The position numbers and the translations under genes were made by a program. 24,183 bases of DNA from a virus (lineage: Duplodnaviria; Caudoviricetes): IMG/VR virus record IMGVR_UViG_3300020414_001611, positions 1-24,183 of that record; one strand, given 5' to 3'. Below the pieces are notes generated by a model. The model had not been told where the DNA came from and did no database searches. It saw only the letters and a list, made by a program, of their open reading frames with translations. Every line of letters begins with the position of its first letter. Positions within the stretch are counted from its first letter, which is position 1. This document shows, in pieces, positions 14,522-23,263 of the stretch.

Positions 14522-17280
14522 TGGCACCAGTAAAGAAGGGCGCAAAAATCAATTTCTATAAGTTTGTTTCCGTAGAGAAACCTTCTTCTGGTATTGGTCG
14601 CAAAGATAAAGTAGAAGCACAAAAAATTAATGCGATCAATAATAATACTAAAGCACTTAATAATATTGGTGCGGTATTGAATGGTATGTCTCAGACTTTA
14701 TCAAACATTTCGACAATGTTTGGTGGTCTTGTTTCTGGTATTCAAGAGCAAGCAAAACCTAAGTTTGTCCCTAGATATGCAACACCAAGTCAAGTAGATG
14801 AAGTAGAGAGCACTGGAGGTGGATTTGAAAGGACTAGAATGCCTGGGTTCTTTGATGCATTGTTTGGTTTAATCAAAGATCTTTTATTCCTTGCCATTGC
14901 AAAACCATTGTTTGACTGGATATCAAATCCAGAAAACAGGCAGAAAGTCGTCAATATGATTGAGACGATTGCAAATGTCATTAAAACTATTACAGGATTT
15001 TTAACAGATCGGGTAACTGGTTTATTAGACAATCTTGCTGGATTAATGGATCCAGATAAACCCTGGTGGGAAAAGATGGGCAACCTATTAGGTGCCATCG
15101 TAGATTTTGCAGGACTGTTTATTGCAATCCGTTGGTTGACGAATCCAACGAAGATTATTACTGACATTACAAGTGTTTTTGGTTTACTTGGTAAACAAGC
15201 AGCCAAGACTAAGGGGAGACTGTTAAAAACTTTAGGTATCGCTGGCGTTGTCGCAGGTGTTGCTATATTAGCAACAGCACAACCTGCAGGGCAAGGTAGC
15301 TCTCTAACGTCTGCTATGGATGCAGAAGGTAGACTTCCTGGTGATGATGGTTTTGATAAATCAACTGCAGGACAAGTTAGTATTGAGACTCTGCAAAGAG
15401 TCCGTCCTGATCTTGTCGAAGATAGAAAGGCGGAGCTGGGACAATTATCTCGTGGTGGTCGTATCCCACAGAGGGCAATGGGTGGATGGATTAACGGTCC
15501 TATGTCTGGTTATCCCGTATCACTCACTGGTAATGGTGTAGACTTTATTGGTCATGGTTTAGAATATGTTGCACAGAAAGCTGCTGGTGGATTTGTCATT
15601 CCATTTAATACACCGTCAACAAAAACTAATCCTGGTCTGACTGCCAAAAGAATATCTGAAGCGACAAGCATGGGATTCAATCTCCCACAGTTTGCTACTG
15701 GCGGTCCAGTCCCCAATACAGGACAAGCAGAGAAGACAACTAATAGAGGCACTGATACTGCTGCTGATAATGCTGGTCTTCCTGCTGTAATTGCTGTTGG
15801 TAAAGCATTACTTAAAAAGGGATTTACTGTTGCTGAGCATCCCTATTTCAGAAAAAATAATCATCAGGGATCTGGACCTAACCTGACAGGATACAATTCT
15901 CAAGGAAATTCTCGTGTTGGTAGTCACTCTCAAGGTTCTGCACACTATAAAGGTCTTGCTATTGATGTAACTGACTGGAGAGGTGGAGATTGGAAGGGTA
16001 GGACGAGGACACTTGCTAAGGCAATGTATGAGCAGAGAAATAAACTGATGCTCTCTCAGATTATTCATGACCCTTGGGGATCTTGGTTTGCTGGTGGTAG
16101 CAAAGGTGGTGGTATTGGTGGACATGGCACTCACCTTCACTTAGCATTTAAGAAGGCAAAACTTAATACCGCTGCATCGAGCCCTGTAGTACCTAAGTCT
16201 CCTCTAGGACCTAAGCAGGCACCTGGGGCAGTTGCAGCATATATGGATCCCGTCAAGTCTATGGGATTCAGTAGTGCTGATTGGGATCTGTATAGAAATA
16301 CTGTTGCACATATTGAGTCTGGCGGTAAATATAAAATTCAAGGTGGATCAAATAACCATTATGATGGTCGTTATCAACTAGGTGAAGTAGCAAAGAAAGA
16401 TGCTGCTAGATATTTGGGTATTCCTTTCCCTGGTCATGATCGCCAGGCTAGAGACAAATATATTAATGATCCTGCAATGCAGGAAAGATTCTTCTCTGCA
16501 TATACTCTTGCAAATCATAAGTTCTTGATGGGTGAGAAGAAATACAGAGAAGCAAATAATGAAAGGAAGTTGCAGATTCTTGGATATGCACATAATCAGG
16601 GTATGGGCAATGCTGCGAATTGGTTGAGGACAGGGCAAGTTGGTAAAGATGGTTTCGGCACGAAAGGCACAAAGTATACTGATAACATTGCTGCAGAATT
16701 CAAGAGAAGAAATGGATTAATTGGTAAGTCAAAGGCACCAAAGGCATCTGGTATATTTGATTTCACAAATCTCTTTGGTGGTCAGCAGGGTGCTCCTGAT
16801 GGTAGTAATGTAAACTCTGAAAATAACGCTAGTGATTTAACACCTAATACTGGCGATGATTCTACTGACACTGGCAGTCCACCCCCTTCAACATCTCCTA
16901 CATCTATCAAAGGACTGCTTAGTGACTTTGAGGGGTTATTCAGATCATCTACTGGATCTACAGGGGTCACCACACCACCTCCAGCATCTATATCTCCTGC
17001 TACTAAACCATCATCTGTAACTTCTGCACAGCAAACACAATCTAGTATTTTAGATCAGAAAGCAGTGCAGAGACAGGCAGCGAATGCTTCAATTCAAGCA
17101 GCACAGGTAAGAGCAATATCTGCATCTAAAAAAGCAGAAGTTCTCTCTGCTCAAGCACAGCAGACACTCTCCGATGCACAATCTGCCGCAAATAACAAGA
17201 AACCTACTCTTGCTACAACGGGCACAACTAAAACTAACATGGTCGATCAACTAAACTCTGAAAACAATCCACTCAAATGA
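14521..17280 (+). CDS. Large virion protein, hub/tape-measure-like, with putative peptidase M15-like and lysozyme-fold domains (919 aa)
   Basis: SAHYKGLAIDV...HGTHLHL (H-x6-D, HxH) and IESGG...GRYQL...AHNQG motifs; N-terminus resembles the 12026 protein. Confidence 0.75.
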   Translation: MAPVKKGAKINFYKFVSVEKPSSGIGRKDKVEAQKINAINNNTKALNNIGAVLNGMSQTLSNISTMFGGLVSGIQEQAKPKFVPRYATPSQVDEVESTGGGFERTRMPGFFDALFGLIKDLLFLAIAKPLFDWISNPENRQKVVNMIETIANVIKTITGFLTDRVTGLLDNLAGLMDPDKPWWEKMGNLLGAIVDFAGLFIAIRWLTNPTKIITDITSVFGLLGKQAAKTKGRLLKTLGIAGVVAGVAILATAQPAGQGSSLTSAMDAEGRLPGDDGFDKSTAGQVSIETLQRVRPDLVEDRKAELGQLSRGGRIPQRAMGGWINGPMSGYPVSLTGNGVDFIGHGLEYVAQKAAGGFVIPFNTPSTKTNPGLTAKRISEATSMGFNLPQFATGGPVPNTGQAEKTTNRGTDTAADNAGLPAVIAVGKALLKKGFTVAEHPYFRKNNHQGSGPNLTGYNSQGNSRVGSHSQGSAHYKGLAIDVTDWRGGDWKGRTRTLAKAMYEQRNKLMLSQIIHDPWGSWFAGGSKGGGIGGHGTHLHLAFKKAKLNTAASSPVVPKSPLGPKQAPGAVAAYMDPVKSMGFSSADWDLYRNTVAHIESGGKYKIQGGSNNHYDGRYQLGEVAKKDAARYLGIPFPGHDRQARDKYINDPAMQERFFSAYTLANHKFLMGEKKYREANNERKLQILGYAHNQGMGNAANWLRTGQVGKDGFGTKGTKYTDNIAAEFKRRNGLIGKSKAPKASGIFDFTNLFGGQQGAPDGSNVNSENNASDLTPNTGDDSTDTGSPPPSTSPTSIKGLLSDFEGLFRSSTGSTGVTTPPPASISPATKPSSVTSAQQTQSSILDQKAVQRQAANASIQAAQVRAISASKKAEVLSAQAQQTLSDAQSAANNKKPTLATTGTTKTNMVDQLNSENNPLK

Positions 17281-18683
17281 CATTACAAAGAGAAAAAACG
17301 GGTGACGTAAATTTTAACCTTAAAATCCAAGAAGAGGGTGGTAGTTTTATTACTAACCCAGAAGGTGCTACAGATCTATCTGACTTGTGTAGAGCAGTAG
17401 AAATTATAGAAGGTATTAATAATACTGCAATGAGAGCACACATTGTCTTTGAGGATAGTGCTGGATTGATTCATTCTTTGAGAGGCACTGAAATTTGGAT
17501 AATGACATTTTCTACCGCTCTCAGTGATGCTGCATATAGATTTAGAGCATATGCTATTGAAAGTCGTGCAAGATCTGGTAACACTGAATCTTTTATGGTC
17601 CAGTGTGTGTCTGAGGAATATCTTATTAATGAAACAACTAATATTTTTGGATCTTCTACTCAATTATTCGACAAAAAAACAACATCGAAGGATATTGTTG
17701 AAACAATTTTAGGTCAATACATCTATGGTGGAGGACTATCCAAAAACTTCTTTGTTGAAGATAGTCAGAATGATCACAAATTCCTTGCTTGTAATTGGAG
17801 AGCATTCGATACAATTTATTGGGTGGCAAATAGGTCTGTCCGAAAGACCAGTAGTGGCACATCTCCTCAGAATGGATTTTTATTCTGGGAAAATCTAATG
17901 GGATTTCATTTCAAATCTATTGATGAAATGATTGATAAAGCTGAAGAGCAAGATTACGATACAAAGTCAAAACAAGACAAAGGAAATGCAAGACTTTATC
18001 GTTATGTTTACGAACCTAAGAAGACAGAGAGTGAAGAGTCTGACGAGCAAAAAATTGAATCAATCATTTTCCCTGATGATAGAAATTACCTGAAAGGTCT
18101 TCGTAATGGATGTTGGGCTGGATTTAGTCAAGTGTTTGATCCCACAAAACTGAATGACTCAATTCTTTCTGGCGAGTCTACAAACTTCTTACCTCCATAT
18201 CAATATCAAATGAATGAGATGTGGAATAAGATGTCGCACTTGTCTCCTGGGACGAATCCTGCCGAATCTTATACTCCAAACATCAAGGGATTGACTGAGA
18301 CACCTAGAAGAATTAAGTATGAATTTGCACCTCATCATATTTTTGATGCTAAGGGTGAAAAAGGATCTGGTAAAGATGGTAGAAATGAAAGCGAGGACAA
18401 AACATATGGCGATTTGCCATTCTTACAAGCATACAAATATCTACGAATTGAATCGCTGAAGACAGTAAGACTTCTTGTTACAGTTCCTGGAAACTTTGAT
18501 TTATATTCTGGATATGGAGTTGAAATCTCTATTCCCAAAACAAAACCTAGGAAAGACAAATACGAGGTTGACAAAAAGTACAGCGGACGCTATATTATTG
18601 GAGGTCTGAGACACAAGTATTCTGAAGGCAGTGTTTATACCGAAATGCTTCTTTACAGAGACTCTTTGCCAGATAAACCATAA
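17277..18683 (+). CDS. Baseplate hub protein (gp27/gpD-like)
   Basis: FLFWEN..GFHFKSID motif; C-terminal VPGNFDL..G..V.I.IP...YSGRYII..LRH; upstream of gp5. Confidence 0.65.
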   Translation: MTLQREKTGDVNFNLKIQEEGGSFITNPEGATDLSDLCRAVEIIEGINNTAMRAHIVFEDSAGLIHSLRGTEIWIMTFSTALSDAAYRFRAYAIESRARSGNTESFMVQCVSEEYLINETTNIFGSSTQLFDKKTTSKDIVETILGQYIYGGGLSKNFFVEDSQNDHKFLACNWRAFDTIYWVANRSVRKTSSGTSPQNGFLFWENLMGFHFKSIDEMIDKAEEQDYDTKSKQDKGNARLYRYVYEPKKTESEESDEQKIESIIFPDDRNYLKGLRNGCWAGFSQVFDPTKLNDSILSGESTNFLPPYQYQMNEMWNKMSHLSPGTNPAESYTPNIKGLTETPRRIKYEFAPHHIFDAKGEKGSGKDGRNESEDKTYGDLPFLQAYKYLRIESLKTVRLLVTVPGNFDLYSGYGVEISIPKTKPRKDKYEVDKKYSGRYIIGGLRHKYSEGSVYTEMLLYRDSLPDKP

Positions 18684-18686
18684 ATA
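18680..18686 (+). promoter_or_regulatory. Late promoter upstream of cp12
   Basis: cATAAATA overlapping the upstream stop; SD GGAGGT before ATG 18708. Confidence 0.6.
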
Positions 18687-18707
18687 ATACTGTATCACGG
18701 AGGTACT

Positions 18708-18935
18708 ATGGACAGTATCGAAGCACATATCAAGAAGGATAAGGAAATTCTTGATAACCCAAACACAAATCCCCAAATGCGCCGCCACATTGAAGGTGAG
18801 TTGCACGATCTGGAGGAATACGTTGAGCATAACAAGAAAGACATCGAAGCGGGTGATCACCACGATCCCAGTTACCTAGAATTATTCTGCGATCAAAATC
18901 CATCGGAGCCCGAATGTCTGATTTATGACGACTGA
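18708..18935 (+). CDS. cp12: CP12 Calvin cycle inhibitor (auxiliary metabolic gene)
   Basis: C-terminal LELFCDQNPSEPECLIYDD is the CP12 CxxxPxxxxC..YDD motif; 75 aa. Confidence 0.92.
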   Translation: MDSIEAHIKKDKEILDNPNTNPQMRRHIEGELHDLEEYVEHNKKDIEAGDHHDPSYLELFCDQNPSEPECLIYDD

Positions 18936-19395
18936 CTTTGAGGCATACCTTTTAGGTTTATATGATAATAAAATCCAAGCACAATCACATCCCACAGAGT
19001 TTGCACAAATTTTTATCCTGTGGGAGAAGATTGATGGTGGATACAAATCAAAACATTATTACAAAAGAGATGGTGCTGATAAACCATATCGCATGAGACA
19101 TCACAAACTTGTAGAAGTCTCGGAAGGGGAAGTTGTTGTCGAAAATTATCATACAGACTGGACAAGATGCGAAGGTTGTGATATGATATTCAAGTGGGAC
19201 GGAAGACAATGGAATGGAAAACTTCGGAATCCTGATCAATGTTTTGTAAGGGATGGAGTTTCTGTTACATCTGAAGTCCATTTCACCAAAGAAGGTGTTT
19301 ATTGTAAAGACCTTGGATATGATCAAAGTGGTAATTTAGTGTTTGGTAGTCCTTCACTATATAAATTCAAAAGAGGGCGAATAGCTCAGCGGTAG
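18925..19395 (+). CDS. cpeT: CpeT/CpcT-type phycobilin lyase
   Basis: YDNKIQAQSHP..FA, PYR, GCDMIF, DLGYD..GNLVFGS motifs. Confidence 0.85.
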   Translation: MTTDFEAYLLGLYDNKIQAQSHPTEFAQIFILWEKIDGGYKSKHYYKRDGADKPYRMRHHKLVEVSEGEVVVENYHTDWTRCEGCDMIFKWDGRQWNGKLRNPDQCFVRDGVSVTSEVHFTKEGVYCKDLGYDQSGNLVFGSPSLYKFKRGRIAQR

Positions 19396-19446
19396 AGCTA
19401 CTCGTTTACACCGAGTCGGTCGGGGGTTCGATCCCCTCTTCGCCCA
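19375..19446 (+). tRNA. trnV: tRNA-Val(TAC)
   Basis: Acceptor GGGCGAA/TTCGCCC, anticodon arm ACTCG-TTTACAC-CGAGT, GTTCGATCC T-arm; CCA not encoded. Confidence 0.95.
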
Positions 19447-19448
19447 TA

Positions 19449-19455
19449 ATAAATA
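19449..19455 (+). promoter_or_regulatory. Late promoter upstream of gp5
   Basis: aATAAATA 20 nt before ATG 19476. Confidence 0.65.
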
Positions 19456-19475
19456 ATTGAAAATTTTTAACGGCA

Positions 19476-21968
19476 ATGCAAACGGTTGACGGTATTATTA
19501 ATGAGCAAACAGTAAACTTCGTCGGAAAGGACGGATTTTTCTGGTGGGTTGGTGAAGTAGAGGACAATGAAGATCCTCTACTGGTTGGTCGTGTAAAGTG
19601 TCGTGTCTTAAATTATTACACTGACCCTAGGGGTGGTAGTAGTAATTCTATGCCTACGGAAGATCTTCCTTGGGCAACTGTATTGCAGGGCACTGATCAG
19701 GCAGGTAATGATGGTCAGGGTGAATCTTCTGGACAACTGCAACCAGGATCTATTGTCATGGGTTTCTTCCTTGACGGGGAGAATGCACAGATGCCTCTTA
19801 TCATTGGCGTTTTGCGTACTGTCAGAGGAGATACTACAAAGACCAAGAAGTTTTTGTTTGCTGGTGATGATATTCCTGATAATACACAACCCAATCCATC
19901 TCAAGTCCCTGTAGGAGAACCAAACACAATCACTACAGAGAATAGAGAAGTCCTTACGACTAATACTGTTACTATTCCTAATGACGGTAAACCTCCTGGT
20001 GGTCCTGGGTCTCCTGCTAACATTGGTAACGCTCCTGGTATCAATGGATCTAGTAACAATGCACAAAAACCTAGAGCACAGATGGTGCCTACAGCAGCAG
20101 GCACTGGGGGTCCTTGGAAAACACTTGAGACAAAATTAACTTATCTTGTAGAAGATATTGCTGATACTGCAGGTAATCTCATCAAGAGTGATAGCGGTGA
20201 TTTTATTGACGTTATTGAAAATAAAGTAATTACTTTAGATAAAATCGTTGGCAAAGCAAAAAACTTTTTGAGTGCTGTCTTTGCACAAGTTGTATCTGCG
20301 ATGAGAGCGCAGTTAGATGAATTGGTGCAACAAATTGAGTCGGCAGGTTTTCTTACATCATTCACTGGTATCCCTGGTGCGACATTCACTTTAATCTCTT
20401 CCGCTATTTCAGCAATTCTCTCTGCAATCTGTGGTCTTGATAGTAAATTAGTTTCATTTCTTCAATCACCTGTTGATACGATTGTAGGTCTTGTAGAGGG
20501 TGTTATTGAAGGATTGATTGATAAAGCAGCAGCAGTTGTCCAGGGTGTCCAAGATATTATTGACAGCATCCTTTGCTCAGTCCAATCTATTATTGATGAC
20601 ATCCTAGGAGTGATTGGGGTAGTGAAGGACATTGCTTCTACTGTTGGTGAAGCAATGAAAATCATTGAAACTTGGCAGAAGGGTAGCGAAATCTTCGCTG
20701 AAGGTTTTGATCTTGTGCAGAATGGTATTAGTAGTCTTACTGGTCTTCTTTCATTTTTCTTAGCACTGTTTGACTTTGGGTGTGATAGAAAAGCAACTGG
20801 TGGTGAGGATGAAGTTGGTTGGTATCCTTTCTTCGGCACAACTTACTGTAGCTCGGGTAGCGGTCCTGGTAATGATGGAAAGAGTAGAGGTGACTGTGGC
20901 GGCTCTGATGGTGGTGGTGGAGGTTTCATTGATACCTTCCTTTCAGAGGCAGATCCATATCTGACAAGTGCAAAGAACTTCCTCAGTGGTGCTTATGAGA
21001 TGAATATCGGCACCCCAGGTAGACAAGCAACTATTAAAAAAGATGCTTCTGGTAAAACTACTTTCTCAGTAAAAGGTAACAACGCTGCACTTTCGGAATA
21101 CAAAGCAAAGGCAGAAGCGAAGAAACAAGGTAAAGAATTATCTGATAAAGATCTTAAAAAGTATAAGAAAGATCAGTCTGGATCTGAAAGTGATCAGGGA
21201 AATATGATTGCAGATCATACTTCTTATCCTGGCAACCATACACAAGAAGTGCATGGTGATGATTGTAATGTTATTGATGGAGATTATTGTCGCACGATTG
21301 AAGGTGATTACCGATTAAAAGTCAGTGGTGATTGTCACATTGAAGTTGGTGGTGGTTTCTTCATGAATGCTCAGGGTGCTCCTAAGCAGACAGATAGTAA
21401 AGGTAACGAAGGGAAAGAAAAGGATAAAGTGCAGAAGCACACGATCAACATGGGATCGGATCTTGATCTTAATGTTGCTGGTGCAACTCTAAAATTAAAT
21501 GCTACTAACGCTGAATTTGGATTTAGAGATCTTAAGTTGAGTGGATCATCTTTTGAGAACTCATATAAAACACAGACACATAGTCCTGGTGAATTTGTTA
21601 TCAATGCTGGTAACGCAATCACTATGAATTGCACCACCTTGACTCAAAACGTCAATTTCTTAACACCTCTTGGTATTGCTTCAGGTTACTTCTGTAACGT
21701 TGGTGGTCCTATCAACTTCTTACAGATTCCTGCTGTATCTGGTGGACTCCCTCCATTTGGTGTTACCACTCCTGGTCCTTTTGCTGTGACTTGTGCTGCT
21801 GCTGGTGCTACCTTCACTGTTGGTGCTGGTGCCTTTAACGTTGCAGTTGGTGCTGGTGCCATTGCTATGACTGCTAGTGCTGCTATCAGTGCCACTGCGG
21901 GTGGTGCTATGACCTTGACCGCTGGACCACTCATGCAACTGTCCGCTATCATGATCAAACTGAATTGA
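19476..21968 (+). CDS. gp5: Baseplate hub / central spike gp5
   Basis: OB-fold motifs WWVGEVEDNEDP...GRVKCR, LPWA, GFFLDGENAQMP.I.G; C-terminal 8-residue beta-helix repeats (V.GD). Confidence 0.92.
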   Translation: MQTVDGIINEQTVNFVGKDGFFWWVGEVEDNEDPLLVGRVKCRVLNYYTDPRGGSSNSMPTEDLPWATVLQGTDQAGNDGQGESSGQLQPGSIVMGFFLDGENAQMPLIIGVLRTVRGDTTKTKKFLFAGDDIPDNTQPNPSQVPVGEPNTITTENREVLTTNTVTIPNDGKPPGGPGSPANIGNAPGINGSSNNAQKPRAQMVPTAAGTGGPWKTLETKLTYLVEDIADTAGNLIKSDSGDFIDVIENKVITLDKIVGKAKNFLSAVFAQVVSAMRAQLDELVQQIESAGFLTSFTGIPGATFTLISSAISAILSAICGLDSKLVSFLQSPVDTIVGLVEGVIEGLIDKAAAVVQGVQDIIDSILCSVQSIIDDILGVIGVVKDIASTVGEAMKIIETWQKGSEIFAEGFDLVQNGISSLTGLLSFFLALFDFGCDRKATGGEDEVGWYPFFGTTYCSSGSGPGNDGKSRGDCGGSDGGGGGFIDTFLSEADPYLTSAKNFLSGAYEMNIGTPGRQATIKKDASGKTTFSVKGNNAALSEYKAKAEAKKQGKELSDKDLKKYKKDQSGSESDQGNMIADHTSYPGNHTQEVHGDDCNVIDGDYCRTIEGDYRLKVSGDCHIEVGGGFFMNAQGAPKQTDSKGNEGKEKDKVQKHTINMGSDLDLNVAGATLKLNATNAEFGFRDLKLSGSSFENSYKTQTHSPGEFVINAGNAITMNCTTLTQNVNFLTPLGIASGYFCNVGGPINFLQIPAVSGGLPPFGVTTPGPFAVTCAAAGATFTVGAGAFNVAVGAGAIAMTASAAISATAGGAMTLTAGPLMQLSAIMIKLN

Positions 21969-21993
21969 CAGAGGGGCACGGACCTGCTATACT
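21965..21993 (+). promoter_or_regulatory. Sigma70-type early promoter
   Basis: TTGACA 21965-21970, 17-nt spacer, TGc-TATACT 21985-21993. Confidence 0.88.
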
Positions 21994-22016
21994 TGAGGAG
22001 TCTTCAACCCAGACGC

Positions 22017-22214
22017 ATGTCCGACACCCTAGAGCAGATCTTCGTCAATTTCTCCAAGCGTAGAGTCACTCTCCTTGATGATGAAGGTTATGAGAAGTAT
22101 GTCCAATGGAAATGGGATCTTGAAGGAGCAGAAGGTTTTGCTGAAACCGTTGCTGACATTCAAGACGCCACTGATCCCGACATGATTACCTATTGTTTTG
22201 CTACTAATGACTGA
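22017..22214 (+). CDS. Small acidic early hypothetical protein
   Basis: ATG 22017 chosen because TTG 21993 overlaps the -10 box. Confidence 0.75.
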   Translation: MSDTLEQIFVNFSKRRVTLLDDEGYEKYVQWKWDLEGAEGFAETVADIQDATDPDMITYCFATND

Positions 22215-22419
22215 TCCTATTCAAATTACTGTAGACGAATTCGAGAAGCACATGGAATTTTGTGTTGAAATGTGCGACCGTAACAATGTAGTCTGGCGTA
22301 TTGAAAGACCAGACGGCAGTGCTGTAATGTGTGTGCCTGTAAAAACAGTCAAACCACAACCACTAGAATTGCAGCAAGAAATTGAAAAGTTTGCTAAGCA
22401 GTTTAGAAACGAGGATTGA
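22207..22419 (+). CDS. Small hypothetical protein, possible Phd/YefM-like fold
   Basis: ITVDEFEKHM...VWRIERPDGSAVMCVP follows the beta-alpha-alpha-beta-beta pattern; ATG 22207 overlaps the upstream gene end. Confidence 0.65.
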   Translation: MTDPIQITVDEFEKHMEFCVEMCDRNNVVWRIERPDGSAVMCVPVKTVKPQPLELQQEIEKFAKQFRNED

Positions 22420-22425
22420 TCTTCT

Positions 22426-22509
22426 GGGACGGTGGCGGAATCGGTAGACGCACCAGACTTAAAATCTGTTGACTGTAAAGTCGTGAGGGTTCAAGTCCCT
22501 CTCGTCCTA
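22426..22509 (+). tRNA. trnL: tRNA-Leu(TAA), intronless
   Basis: Acceptor GGGACGG/TCGTCCT, anticodon loop CTTAAAA, long variable arm, GTTCAAGTCC; CCA not encoded. Confidence 0.93.
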
Positions 22510-22520
22510 TACTATTTTTT

Positions 22521-22703
22521 ATGGATAAAGAAACACTAACTAAGTTACTCATTCAAAATGAGGATGACTATCACGAACTTCCAATGGTTGGATTGATACC
22601 TGATTGGTATCTTCGTTATTGGGAACTACATATTGCAGTGATGCAATACTTAGAAATTCCAAAGGAAGAATATTGGGGACCATGGCCACTGAAAAGGGAT
22701 TAG
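22521..22703 (+). CDS. Hypothetical protein (60 aa, Trp-rich)
   Basis: ATG ORF filling the gap between tRNA-Leu and the oxygenase gene. Confidence 0.6.
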   Translation: MDKETLTKLLIQNEDDYHELPMVGLIPDWYLRYWELHIAVMQYLEIPKEEYWGPWPLKRD

Positions 22704-23263
22704 ATTTTATTGAAGAGTTTTTCTTAGAAGATGTCACTGTATGTGATGAGTTGATTGAGTTTTTTAATCACTCTGCATATGCAAAGAAGTTTAAAGACTG
22801 GGGTCAGATTGGCAGCGGTATTAACTTCAAAAAGAAAAAAAGCATTGACTTGGGTCTTCGTAGTGACTATGATGATCCAGTTGCTGTAAAATATATGACT
22901 GAGTTGCAGAAGGTATGTGATCAATATCTAGAGAAATATCCTTATGCAAACTATTATTCATCCTTTTCTATTAGAGAAAGATACAACATCCAGTATTACA
23001 AACCTGGGTGGGGATTCCCTAGATTACACACAGAAAGGGGACAAGGTGAAGAACCTCAAGCGAGACGACATCTTGTGTTTATGACTTATCTAAATGATCT
23101 CACTGATGGTGGTGAGACAGAGTTTATTCATCAGCAATTAAAAATCAAACCAGAGAAAGGAAAAACTGTTATATGGCCAGCAGATTGGACATTCACTCAC
23201 CGAGGATTACCATCACCCACACAAGAGAAATACATAGCAACTGGGTGGTATAGTTATGACTGA
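22682..23263 (+). CDS. 2OG-Fe(II) oxygenase
   Basis: NIQYYKPG, HTE, MTYLND..DGGETEF, WPADWTFTHRG, KYIATGW motifs; start reassigned to ATG 22682 (GGGGA upstream). Confidence 0.92.
   Translation: MATEKGLDFIEEFFLEDVTVCDELIEFFNHSAYAKKFKDWGQIGSGINFKKKKSIDLGLRSDYDDPVAVKYMTELQKVCDQYLEKYPYANYYSSFSIRERYNIQYYKPGWGFPRLHTERGQGEEPQARRHLVFMTYLNDLTDGGETEFIHQQLKIKPEKGKTVIWPADWTFTHRGLPSPTQEKYIATGWYSYD

Noticed and set aside
22426-22509. Group I intron in tRNA-Leu(UAA), or introns/inteins in thyX and other core genes
   Set aside because: The anticodon loop is contiguous, the genes are of normal length and uninterrupted, and no homing endonuclease is seen.
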